The translations under genes were made by a program, and so were the position numbers. Under the pieces are notes generated by a model. That model did not search any database and was not told the origin of the DNA. It saw nothing but the letters and a program-made list of their open reading frames with translations. A stretch of DNA of 38,258 nucleotides from a virus (Duplodnaviria > Caudoviricetes). The stretch spans positions 1 through 38,258 of the IMG/VR virus record IMGVR_UViG_3300010381_000011, one strand, 5' to 3'. This document shows, piece by piece, positions 1 through 7,854 of the stretch (the stretch's first letter is position 1; each line of letters opens with the position of its first letter).

Positions 1-618
1 TTACCCCGCCTCACCCACCGCTTGGTTCTGCCTCGGCGGCTCCAGACGCCGCTTTAACTCTCTGTTTTCTCGCTCTAATTCTTCCATGCGCTTCATCATC
101 TCGTCCGCCTTGGCCTCCCATTCCGCCATGCGCTCTTCGAGGCGCGCCAGCGTTCGCTCGCTCCTCACCGCTTGATGAAAAGCGTTGATATTACTCGCTA
201 AAGCTGTGCGATAGATGGTGTCGGACTCCAAGACTTCGGCCGTCTTGGTCAGCATGTCCGACATCCGAAACTCTTCCTGCGGGGCTGTCAGGAAGGCGTC
301 GGCAGACGGTGCGGATGTATCCCCAGGTTCAGCGGACTCTTTACGGTGCATCGGGCCAACACCTGTGACGAGCCAATCTATTGAAACCTTTGCTACCTCA
401 CCGACAGAAATAAACCACGAAGGCGGAATTTTATTCGCTGCACGTGCCTTGTTGATTGCTTGCCTGCTTATATCCAGAACGGATGCGAGTTCGCCGATAT
501 CATGGCTATTCGTGGCCAGGAGGAGTCGGTGGATGACGGCGTCAACAGGCTTCCGACTTTCAGGGGAGAAGTCGGAAGTTAAGCCGGAAGTGTTATTGTT
601 TACATTATTGTCAATCAT
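1..618 (-). CDS. Phage CI-like repressor (N-terminal HTH, C-terminal coiled coil)
   Basis: ELASVLDISRQAINKARAANKIP...VSIDWLVTGVGPM is a typical CI-type HTH; divergent from the early operon; exact start uncertain. Confidence 0.85.
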   Translation of the reverse strand: MIDNNVNNNTSGLTSDFSPESRKPVDAVIHRLLLATNSHDIGELASVLDISRQAINKARAANKIPPSWFISVGEVAKVSIDWLVTGVGPMHRKESAEPGDTSAPSADAFLTAPQEEFRMSDMLTKTAEVLESDTIYRTALASNINAFHQAVRSERTLARLEERMAEWEAKADEMMKRMEELERENRELKRRLEPPRQNQAVGEAG

Positions 619-671
619 TTCAGCGTATTACCTAAAAAAGACGGGAAAAAAGAACAAAAGAAAGTCGGAAG
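550..671. promoter_or_regulatory. Repeated AAG(T/C)CGGAAG sites, candidate operators/enhancer
   Basis: Copies at 550-559 (inverted), 569-578, 581-590 and 662-671, around the repressor start and early promoter. Confidence 0.55.
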
Positions 672-686
672 TACTTTTTTTACCCG

Positions 687-715
687 TTGACAACTTTTAC
701 TACAGAACTTAAACC
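687..715 (+). promoter_or_regulatory. Candidate early sigma70 promoter
   Basis: TTGACA 687-692, 17-nt spacer, TAAACC 710-715, in the AT-rich divergent intergenic region. Confidence 0.5.
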
Positions 716-817
716 TTTCCTCACGGGGTCACTTGACCCGTTGGAACCTAGCTAACAGGGGCGGCGGAAATCCTCAATGTCCAGTCCCCGGGAAAGTTTG
801 GATCGGAGAAATAGGAA

Positions 818-1252
818 TTGGCAGCCCAAGCCCGACAACTCAGCCTGCTCGAACTTCCCGAGCTCAATCCGGACGCGGACATTGCGATGTCCATGGATCG
901 GATCGTCCAAGCGGCGGGGCTGTCGCGGGCCGAGGCCGTGGATCGGCTCAATGAGGCTGCGCGACGGTTCGGGGTCCGGCTGGCGGCTGGCAGCGCCAAG
1001 GAGCTTGGGCTGGCCACCTTTGAGAAGTGGCTTAACCCGCAAGCGCCCGACTACGTGCCGAGCGTGCGCGCGCTCAACCTGTTTTGCCACGTCTTCGGCA
1101 CGCCCGAGCCGTTGGCCCTGCTGGTCAGGTCTCATGGAAAGGGTTGGCGCGTGATCGACGGCGAAGACGCCCGGCTCCTGGAATGGGCGCGGACGGAACA
1201 GGAAATCAAGCGCCTGCGGGCGCGCAAACGCAAGATCGAGACGGAACTATGA
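818..1252 (+). CDS. Putative phage regulatory protein (CII-like)
   Basis: First early ORF, SD-like AGGA upstream; TFEKWLNP-type segment; ATGA overlap with next gene. Confidence 0.65.
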   Translation: MAAQARQLSLLELPELNPDADIAMSMDRIVQAAGLSRAEAVDRLNEAARRFGVRLAAGSAKELGLATFEKWLNPQAPDYVPSVRALNLFCHVFGTPEPLALLVRSHGKGWRVIDGEDARLLEWARTEQEIKRLRARKRKIETEL

Positions 1253-1464
1253 AGCGAAACAGCAGGGAGATCAAAGCCTGGATGGCGCGCAAGGGCGTCT
1301 CCGTCGCCACGCTCGCCAAGGTTGCCGGCGTACCTCGTCAGCACATGTCCGACACCATCTGGGGCCGCCGCAACAACACCCTGGCTTTGCAGGGACTCGT
1401 GGACGCCGGCTGTCCAATGAAGTGGCTCGCCCTGCCGGAGACCAAGGACAAGCAAGCGGCCTAG
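1249..1464 (+). CDS. ner: Ner/Cro-like HTH DNA-binding protein
   Basis: MKRNSREIKAWMARKGVSVATLAKVAGVPRQHMSDTIWGRR; 71 aa; ATG 1249 overlaps upstream stop; ner-like position. Confidence 0.7.
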   Translation: MKRNSREIKAWMARKGVSVATLAKVAGVPRQHMSDTIWGRRNNTLALQGLVDAGCPMKWLALPETKDKQAA

Positions 1465-1476
1465 GCCGCCAGGAAT

Positions 1477-1579
1477 TTCCGCGCTCTCGCGGCGCCCGGG
1501 GGCCGAGCGGCCAGACCGCCAGTCCACCCGGCACGAGAGGTAGAGCGACACGATCGCCATCCCCTGCGGGGGCGCGGAA
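1477..1579 (+). ncRNA. Candidate structured intergenic RNA (multibranch)
   Basis: TTCCGCG 1477-1483/CGCGGAA 1573-1579 encloses CTCTCG/CGAGAG, CCGGG/CCCGG, GCGA/TCGC and CCCC/GGGG helices. Confidence 0.35.
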
Positions 1580-1608
1580 TATATCAAACAGGAAAGGAGG
1601 TTGGCGCA

Positions 1609-1806
1609 ATGAGCAGGCGGAAGCGGATGACCGGGAAGGCGGAAGAGATGCGGCAGATTGCCCAGGTTTTGAGGCAAAACCAGATACCGGAACCTGCCGT
1701 CAGGGCCGCGCTGCTGGGTATGTGCGGCGTCGGCATGATGATGCCCGACAGCGGGGATGGGTTCGAATCCGCGACCGCGAGGCGTTTCCTTGGGATGGAG
1801 GAATAG
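1609..1806 (+). CDS. Hypothetical protein
   Basis: Strong SD AAGGAGG upstream of ATG; 65 aa. Confidence 0.7.
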   Translation: MSRRKRMTGKAEEMRQIAQVLRQNQIPEPAVRAALLGMCGVGMMMPDSGDGFESATARRFLGMEE

Positions 1807-1810
1807 CGCC

Positions 1811-2251
1811 ATGAACAAGCGGATTCGAAAGAAAAAGGAAACGCAGTTCCAACGAGTCTTACGTGCTATAATGGCAGATGTTTGCGGAAAAAATGGCCCT
1901 ATTGGAGACAGAGGGGCCGGCATTATTGTCAGGGAATCAAAGAAGCACAGCGTCCCTCTTAAGATGCTGTATTCCTCCATGAAAAGAATTTTGCGCGCCG
2001 GCTTGGTCGTGGTGCCTGGAAGTGACCGCTGCGAGATATGGCTCTGTGGCGGCTACCCCACATACTTCGCCGATACTCCATTTCCTTACGACAAATGGGA
2101 AGATTTTCGGCTGTTCATAACGTCCAGACTCGTCGGCCGCAATGGCTGGCGAGACATGTACCGGATGGTGCGTCGGCTAGCCAGACAGTTCGGTGGCTTT
2201 GAATTTTGTTTCTTGGACGTTCCCGAAGAACCGAGCCCTCTTCCGGCTTGA
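1811..2251 (+). CDS. Hypothetical protein
   Basis: SD GGAGG then ATG 1811 (MNKRIRKKK...), 4 nt after the previous stop. Confidence 0.65.
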   Translation: MNKRIRKKKETQFQRVLRAIMADVCGKNGPIGDRGAGIIVRESKKHSVPLKMLYSSMKRILRAGLVVVPGSDRCEIWLCGGYPTYFADTPFPYDKWEDFRLFITSRLVGRNGWRDMYRMVRRLARQFGGFEFCFLDVPEEPSPLPA

Positions 2252-2256
2252 CCCCT

Positions 2257-2318
2257 TGCGAAACCGCCCCGCGCGGGCGGTCGTCGGACGGTGGCGCGTC
2301 CGGCCTGATGAGCAGCCA
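2257..2318 (+). ncRNA. Type II hammerhead ribozyme (HHR1)
   Basis: GAAA 2260-2263; stem III CCGCCC/GGGCGG; GUC cleavage triplet 2280-2282; stem I GUCGGACG/CGUCCGGC; CUGAUGA 2305-2311; open stem II UGC/GCA; pseudoknot UGGC(loop I)/GCCA(3' tail). Confidence 0.92.
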
Positions 2319-2320
2319 AG

Positions 2321-2980
2321 CTAAATGTCGAGCAATGTGGCCCACTCAGGAATGCCCTTAACAACAAAGTAGACATCCTCGAGACCATCACATGTGTAGG
2401 GAGTAAAAATAACAAGACCAATGTCGAACAACTGCTGAGTTGCTTCGTTGCAAAGCCTAGCGGCGACTGCAACTGAAACAAGTACTTGGCGAAAGCAACC
2501 CAAGGCGAGCCGACGTTTTGCCGGGTACAAAGGAGTAAGATCTAATGAGTAATAATATCGAGACCTCAGAGCTGTCGTCACCTCCAATGCCGCGACAAGA
2601 GATGGAGATGGAAGACCACGCTTACACCAAGCCTTCAACCGCTCCTGTGCATTACGAAGCGGGAAGGGAAGCTCAACAGTATCAACTGCGCGAATATGCT
2701 CCCATTGGTCTGGAAGACTATGTCGAGCTAGTGCGACGCTATGCCCCAGAAATGCTTGTGCAACTTTCCACTGCGACAAAAGACGATGCGCTTTGGGCGA
2801 AAGTTCAAGACCGGGCGCGCTCGGTTTTTTGTAAGGGGGCAAGAAGGTGTTCCGCAGCAAATAGACCCGGCTATCCCCTCTCTTGTGCATTTCAAAAATG
2901 GGCAATGGATAACCTTCGCCTGTTAGGGCTGTCCAATCTGGGACGTTCGGCAGTGGCTCGTTGTCGTCATGCGTTTTCAT
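2321..2980 (-). CDS. Hypothetical protein, reverse-oriented accessory (moron) gene
   Basis: 219 aa; SD GAGGT before ATG; own candidate promoter at 3036-3065; lower GC than flanks; stop 2 nt from HHR1. Confidence 0.6.
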   Translation of the reverse strand: MKTHDDNEPLPNVPDWTALTGEGYPLPIFEMHKRGDSRVYLLRNTFLPPYKKPSAPGLELSPKAHRLLSQWKVAQAFLGHSVALARHSLPDQWEHIRAVDTVELPFPLRNAQERLKAWCKRGLPSPSLVAALEVTTALRSRYYYSLDLTPLYPAKRRLALGCFRQVLVSVAVAARLCNEATQQLFDIGLVIFTPYTCDGLEDVYFVVKGIPEWATLLDI

Positions 2981-3030
2981 TAAACGACCTCATCTCTCTC
3001 ATCGAGGATGTGAATCAGGTGAACATGTAA
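2545..3030 (+). CDS. Possible overlapping hypothetical protein
   Basis: 161 aa with SD AAGGAG upstream of ATG; overlaps the minus-strand ORF by 436 nt. Confidence 0.35.
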   Translation: MSNNIETSELSSPPMPRQEMEMEDHAYTKPSTAPVHYEAGREAQQYQLREYAPIGLEDYVELVRRYAPEMLVQLSTATKDDALWAKVQDRARSVFCKGARRCSAANRPGYPLSCAFQKWAMDNLRLLGLSNLGRSAVARCRHAFSLNDLISLIEDVNQVNM

Positions 3031-3035
3031 CGGGG

Positions 3036-3065
3036 GTTCTATCAGGAGACGTGTTGAATCTTCAA
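3036..3065 (-). promoter_or_regulatory. Candidate sigma70 promoter for 2321..2980
   Basis: Minus strand TTGAAG-18-TAGAAC with TGn extension; homologous to the element at 3661-3690. Confidence 0.5.
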
Positions 3066-3126
3066 GCGAAACCGCCCTGCGCGGGCGGTCGTCGGACGGT
3101 GGCGCGTCCGGCCTGACGAGCAGCCA
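3066..3126 (+). ncRNA. Type II hammerhead ribozyme (HHR2)
   Basis: 60/62 identical to HHR1; GAAA 3068-3071, GUC 3088-3090, CUGACGA 3113-3119; the two differences are in loop III and the variable core position 7. Confidence 0.92.
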
Positions 3127-3142
3127 ACAAAGGAAACGCACT

Positions 3143-3361
3143 ATGGTCGAGAAGCCGCTCAAGGAATGGAATACCTGGGAATGGATTGATGCCGTTGAAG
3201 CCGCCAAGAAAAACATTGCTCCTGTCTTTGAGACAACAAAAGACCAGCGGATTGCCTCGGGGATCGTGGCGCTTTTGGAGTCTGCCGACGATCCGTTGAT
3301 TGTCCTTGAGGCAACCCGCCTCGCTTACGAAAAAATGTGTGGGTATCCTATAAGGTACTAA
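3143..3361 (+). CDS. Hypothetical protein
   Basis: 72 aa; SD AAGGA directly after HHR2. Confidence 0.65.
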   Translation: MVEKPLKEWNTWEWIDAVEAAKKNIAPVFETTKDQRIASGIVALLESADDPLIVLEATRLAYEKMCGYPIRY

Positions 3362-3612
3362 AGATATCCAGCAAGGCAGATATCTTTAGGGAGACCAGAG
3401 TGCTCAATGCAATGCTTGCAAATTAAATATCCTTTGGAGACAGCCCTTCGGGCGGCACTCTCAACACTGGAACCCTTGTTTACAATTTCTATGGCATGCT
3501 TTGCCTTGCCCATTTGCTCTAAGTTGCATGATCCAGTGATGCCGGAACCGATATGAACCTCTTTCGAGTCGTGATTGATGATGAGCAAGTCTTCAATGTT
3601 CGGGTTCAACAT
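3358..3612 (-). CDS. Hypothetical small protein, reverse-oriented (His/Cys, CxxC)
   Basis: 84 aa; SD AGGAG 8 nt before ATG; EVH..C..CKHC suggests metal binding. Confidence 0.65.
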   Translation of the reverse strand: MLNPNIEDLLIINHDSKEVHIGSGITGSCNLEQMGKAKHAIEIVNKGSSVESAARRAVSKGYLICKHCIEHSGLPKDICLAGYL

Positions 3613-3660
3613 TTCCGCGTCTCCTTTGCGGGTTGATGGTTGAAAGGACGGATAACGGAA

Positions 3661-3690
3661 ACCCTATCAGGGGACGCGGAACCTTTTCAA
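3661..3690 (-). promoter_or_regulatory. Candidate sigma70 promoter for 3358..3612
   Basis: Minus strand TTGAAA-18-TAGGGT with TGn extension. Confidence 0.55.
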
Positions 3691-3705
3691 GCGGACGGCG
3701 GCACA

Positions 3706-5811
3706 ATGCAAGACACCTACACGGCAAAATCAATCGCACAGGCGATGGACATCACGGAACGGGCAGCTCGTGCCAAGGCCGAAAAAGATGGTTGGCCCTT
3801 TGAGGAGCAGCCCTGCCGTGGCGGAAAGCGCCGCTTGTATCTTGCCGCCTCCCTCCCTGCCGAAGTCCAGGACGCCCTGACGGCCTCCGAGGGGGTGAAC
3901 CTGCCCGCCGAAGGGGCCGAACTCGCCCTTACCGAGGACCAACGGCGCGGCGCGTTGGCCCGGGCCGATCTGGTGCGACTCTACACCGAAGCCCTGGCCA
4001 AAGCCCCGCGCAAGGGCGCGGCGCAAAAGGAATTTCTCGCTGCCTACCGGGCCGGCGTGTGGCCGAAGATCAAAGAAGTGCTGGGGGATGCGGTGTCCGT
4101 GCAATCCCTGGAGCGCTGGAAGCTCAAGTTGCGCCGCACCGGTTCGGCCCTGGCCCTGGCCGACACACGCGGCGGCGTGCGCGTCGAACCGATTTTGACC
4201 GTGGCCCACCAGACCCTCATCGTTAACCTGGTCCGGCATCCCAACCAGCCCAACATCGCCGAGGTCTGCCGCGATGCCGTGAAATCCTTCAAATCGGCCG
4301 GGCTGCCGCCGTGTGCCGAAATCACCGTCCGCCGTTTCATCGAAAAGTGGATCGCCAACAATTACAGTGAGTTTGTGTACTCCAGGCGGGGCAAGAAGGC
4401 CTGGGTGGACGATTGCTGCCCTTACATCGAACGCGACTACTCGAAGATTCAGGTTGGCGACATCCTGGTGGCCGACGGCCACGTCCTCAACTTTGAGATC
4501 TTGGACCCGGAGACCGGCAAGGGCGCGCGCATGGAGCTGGTGCTCTGGTACGACATGAAGTCGTCGTATCCCCTGGGCTGGGAAATCCTGCCCACGGAAA
4601 ACACGCAAGCCATCGCCTCGGCCTTGCGCCGGGCCTGCCTGCGCCTCGGGAAGTTCCCTCGCATAGCCTACCTGGACAACGGCCGTGCGTTCAAGGGCAA
4701 GTTTTTCATGGGTGTTGATTTCAAGCAAACCGGTCTGGGCGGCGTCTTCCAGGAATTGGGCATCGCCCCAATGATCGCCGAAAAATACCACGGCCAGTCC
4801 AAGACTATCGAACGCTTTTTCGCCTCTTTCGGCGAGCTGGAACGCTGGTGCCCCTCCTACGTCGGCACCTGCATCGAAAACAAGCCTCCCCGACTCAAAC
4901 GCGGCGAGGAACTGCACCGGCGGCTCTACGAAGCCTCGGGCTACCGGCCGCTGACCATCCCCGAAGCCCATACGGCCATCGCCATGTGGTTCGATGAGTA
5001 CGCCCGGCGGCCCCAACGCGGCCACTTGCAAGGCCAGACGCCGCTTGAGGCGTACGCGCCGGGCGCTGGGCCGGGCCTGACCGACGCCGAACTGCTCAAG
5101 CTGCGGTTGTGCATGATGCACAAACGCATCCGTCAGATCGAGCAGAACGGGGTCAGCATTTTCGGACGGCATTACCGCCACCCCTTCCTCCACAGTCTCC
5201 GCCACCCGGTGCTGGTCCGCTACGACGACCAGGACCGGCGGTCCGTGCTGATCTACGACGAGACGGGCAAGCGGCTGATCTGCGAGGCCACGCCGGTGCC
5301 GAACACCGTGCATCCGGCCGCCGGCATCCTGGGCACGGAGGAGGACAAGGCGCTCCTGGCCTCCGAGCTCGCCTACAAAAAGGCCATCGAAAATCAGGCC
5401 ACGGCCTCCGCCCGGGAATTTTTGGATGCCGTGGTGCTGCCGGAGACGCGACAGCGCATGCGGCTGGTCGAGGCGGCCAAGGCCGAACCGGCCGCCCTGC
5501 CGGAACCGCCGGCCCCCAACGTCAAAAGCATCGAAGCCGCCAAGAGCGCGGCCCGGGCCAAGCTCGACGCCGCCCCGGCCTACGTGCCGCCGGCGCAACT
5601 ACCCAATATCGTAACAGAACTTGATCGTTACGAATACCTTTTCAACGTGTCCGTCCGGGACGGCGTGGACCTCCGTGAGGCCGATGCCGACTGGATGGCT
5701 CGTTACGAGCAAACCGAGGAATACGCGGCGTGCGCGCGGGGCCGTTTCGAGGGCCTGCGCCGGGTCTACGCGCGCCGCCGCATGGCCGCCAACGGGGAGG
5801 AGGCTTCATGA
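3706..5811 (+). CDS. muA: Mu-type DDE transposase (MuA-like)
   Basis: N-terminal Mu HTH (GGKRRLYLAASLPAEVQ); DDE motifs VADGH, YLDNG, KTIERFF; C-terminal VLVRYD Mu transposase region; ATG 3706 preferred. Confidence 0.95.
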   Translation: MQDTYTAKSIAQAMDITERAARAKAEKDGWPFEEQPCRGGKRRLYLAASLPAEVQDALTASEGVNLPAEGAELALTEDQRRGALARADLVRLYTEALAKAPRKGAAQKEFLAAYRAGVWPKIKEVLGDAVSVQSLERWKLKLRRTGSALALADTRGGVRVEPILTVAHQTLIVNLVRHPNQPNIAEVCRDAVKSFKSAGLPPCAEITVRRFIEKWIANNYSEFVYSRRGKKAWVDDCCPYIERDYSKIQVGDILVADGHVLNFEILDPETGKGARMELVLWYDMKSSYPLGWEILPTENTQAIASALRRACLRLGKFPRIAYLDNGRAFKGKFFMGVDFKQTGLGGVFQELGIAPMIAEKYHGQSKTIERFFASFGELERWCPSYVGTCIENKPPRLKRGEELHRRLYEASGYRPLTIPEAHTAIAMWFDEYARRPQRGHLQGQTPLEAYAPGAGPGLTDAELLKLRLCMMHKRIRQIEQNGVSIFGRHYRHPFLHSLRHPVLVRYDDQDRRSVLIYDETGKRLICEATPVPNTVHPAAGILGTEEDKALLASELAYKKAIENQATASAREFLDAVVLPETRQRMRLVEAAKAEPAALPEPPAPNVKSIEAAKSAARAKLDAAPAYVPPAQLPNIVTELDRYEYLFNVSVRDGVDLREADADWMARYEQTEEYAACARGRFEGLRRVYARRRMAANGEEAS

Positions 5812-6527
5812 AATCCGTCTTTGTGGAGACGTCCAACGTGACCGCGTTTCGGCGCGCCGTGTTGACCGTCGAGGACACCGAACGCGGCCAGCCGGGCCTT
5901 GTCGTGGCCTGGGGACAGGCCGGTCGCGGCAAGACCTTTGCCGCGCGCAACTCCCACGCCGAGCGCGGCGGGGTCTACCTGTCCGCCTGGGAAAATGAGA
6001 GCCAAGCCGCCTTTTTGGGACGGCTGTGCTTCGAGGCCACAGGGGCCAAAGCGCCACGCTCGGCCAGCACCTGCAAGGTAAAAATCATCGAGGCCTTGGA
6101 GAAACGCCGCGATCATGGGCAGGTCGCCACCATCTACATGGATGAGGCGGACAGGCTGCATTTCAGCCGGATCGAGGACTTGCGCGACATCCATGAGGCG
6201 ACCGGCGCGGCCGTGATCCTGATCGGCGAGGAAGAGCTGATCGGGCTTTTGTCCCAGCGCCGGCGCGTCTGGTCCCGCGTGACCCAGGAAGTTGCCTTTG
6301 CCCCGGTTGATGAGGCCGACGTCGCCGCTTTTGCTCTTGAGTCGGCGTCCCTCGACCTGACGCCCGAGGCCTGCGCCATGGTGCGCACCACGTCCGACGG
6401 CGACATGCGGCTTGTGCGCAACATGGTCGGGCTCCTGGAGCAAGCGGCCAAGGCCCGGGAAACGAACATCGCCGATGTGGCCATGGTGAAAGCCGTGCAA
6501 AAGCAACGATCCTGGAGGCGGTCATGA
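5808..6527 (+). CDS. muB: MuB-like AAA+ ATPase
   Basis: Walker A GQAGRGKT, Walker B IYMDEAD, LRDIHE; ATGA-coupled to the transposase. Confidence 0.93.
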   Translation: MKSVFVETSNVTAFRRAVLTVEDTERGQPGLVVAWGQAGRGKTFAARNSHAERGGVYLSAWENESQAAFLGRLCFEATGAKAPRSASTCKVKIIEALEKRRDHGQVATIYMDEADRLHFSRIEDLRDIHEATGAAVILIGEEELIGLLSQRRRVWSRVTQEVAFAPVDEADVAAFALESASLDLTPEACAMVRTTSDGDMRLVRNMVGLLEQAAKARETNIADVAMVKAVQKQRSWRRS

Positions 6528-7156
6528 GGACTCCGGACGCGGACCGCGTGCGCCTCGTCATCCAGGGGCTGTCCGTGGGCGGCAAAAAAAACGTGACCAA
6601 TGCCTTGGTCTTCGAGGCTTTGGGCTGCGCCATCGAGCCGGAAAAAGCCCGGGTGCGGCGGCAGATCAACGACATGGTGCGCCGGCAGGAACTCACGCGG
6701 GTGGAAGACGGTGTGTTTACCTACAACCCCAAGGCCGTAGGCAAGCGGCAAGCCGAATACCTGCACCGGATATGGCGGGCCATCCGTTCAGCCAAGCCGG
6801 GTTTTGGCTGCAAAGATTTGGCGTCGGTCACCCGGGCTTCCTACACCCACGTGATGCGTTACTGCGCTTGGCTCAAAGAGGACGGCTACCTTGAACCTCA
6901 CGGGATGCGTGGCCAAACGAGGCTCTACCGGGCCACGGAAAAAGCCCGCCAGCAGGTTGAAACGCCCTTCCCGCCCCGGCGCCTGAACGATCCCTTTGAC
7001 TCCCCGAAGCGGGAGGCTCTGGAACTCGTGCGGCTGTTTCTGATGGGCGATCCCTACCAGCCGGCCGTGCGTACCAAAATCGTCGAGAATTGCCGGGCCA
7101 TCCTGGCCCGCTTCGAGAAGGAGGAAAGCGAGGATGGACACAAAGTATCTGGTTAA
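6524..7156 (+). CDS. Hypothetical protein, possibly winged-HTH
   Basis: ATGA overlap, SD GGAGG; IWRAIR..FGCKDLA..YCAWLKEDGYL resembles Mu-like early HTH proteins. Confidence 0.75.
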   Translation: MRTPDADRVRLVIQGLSVGGKKNVTNALVFEALGCAIEPEKARVRRQINDMVRRQELTRVEDGVFTYNPKAVGKRQAEYLHRIWRAIRSAKPGFGCKDLASVTRASYTHVMRYCAWLKEDGYLEPHGMRGQTRLYRATEKARQQVETPFPPRRLNDPFDSPKREALELVRLFLMGDPYQPAVRTKIVENCRAILARFEKEESEDGHKVSG

Positions 7157-7328
7157 GGACGCCCTGGCCGAGTTGATGGCCGTTGACGGGCTCGACGGTG
7201 TGACGGCCATCAAAATCCACGTGGGCGCGGCCCGGGCCTGCTTGCGGATGGTGCTCGAACAAATGGAAGGCGTCGCCACGGCAAAGGTCGTCGGTCTTCC
7301 CCCCGCGAAGGAGGTGGCCCATGGCTAG
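7134..7328 (+). CDS. Hypothetical protein
   Basis: SD GGAGG upstream; fills the operon between neighbours. Confidence 0.6.
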   Translation: MDTKYLVKDALAELMAVDGLDGVTAIKIHVGAARACLRMVLEQMEGVATAKVVGLPPAKEVAHG

Positions 7329-7854
7329 GACGAAACCAAAGGTGCTCGCCCTTTCGGACATCAAGGAGGCCGATGCGGCCCTGGCCGAGTTGGCCGGCAT
7401 CAAGCGCGATCTGGCCGCGCTGGAACACGTCATGAACGAATCCATCGACAGCATCAAGGCCGAGGCCAAGGCGCAGTCCGCGCCGTTGGCGGCTCGCGCG
7501 AAGGACCTGGAGGTGGCCCTGGCCAACTTCTCCACGGCCCGCAAGGACGATTTATTCCCGAAAAAGAAGTCCCTGGACCTGACGTTCGGTGTCCTGGGTT
7601 TCCGGCAGTCCACCAAGCTCAAGACACTGGCGCGGTGGACCTGGAAGCTGGTGTTGGGGCGGCTCCAGGAACTGGCCGATTCCCCGGATGGCGGCGCTTT
7701 TCTCGAAGCGATCCGGATCAAGCCCGAGGTGGACAAGGAAGCCATGCGGGAGTGGCCGGAAGAACGCTTGGCGACGGTCGGCGTGCAACGGGTGGCCGAG
7801 GATGAATTCTTTTACGAGCTGAAAAGTGTGGAACTCAAGGAGGATGCGGCATGA
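7321..7854 (+). CDS. gam: Host nuclease inhibitor Gam family protein
   Basis: Coiled-coil N-terminus, KKKSLDLTFGVLGFRQS, IRIKPEVDKEAM, EDEFFYE. Confidence 0.9.
   Translation: MARTKPKVLALSDIKEADAALAELAGIKRDLAALEHVMNESIDSIKAEAKAQSAPLAARAKDLEVALANFSTARKDDLFPKKKSLDLTFGVLGFRQSTKLKTLARWTWKLVLGRLQELADSPDGGAFLEAIRIKPEVDKEAMREWPEERLATVGVQRVAEDEFFYELKSVELKEDAA

Noticed and set aside
3730-5598. 622-aa minus-strand ORF opposite the transposase (also 15558..16808, 16511..18211, 24123..26489, 27572..29146, 28111..29904, 33011..34522)
   Set aside because: Shadow ORFs expected from GC-rich codon bias opposite well-supported genes; no motifs or RBS
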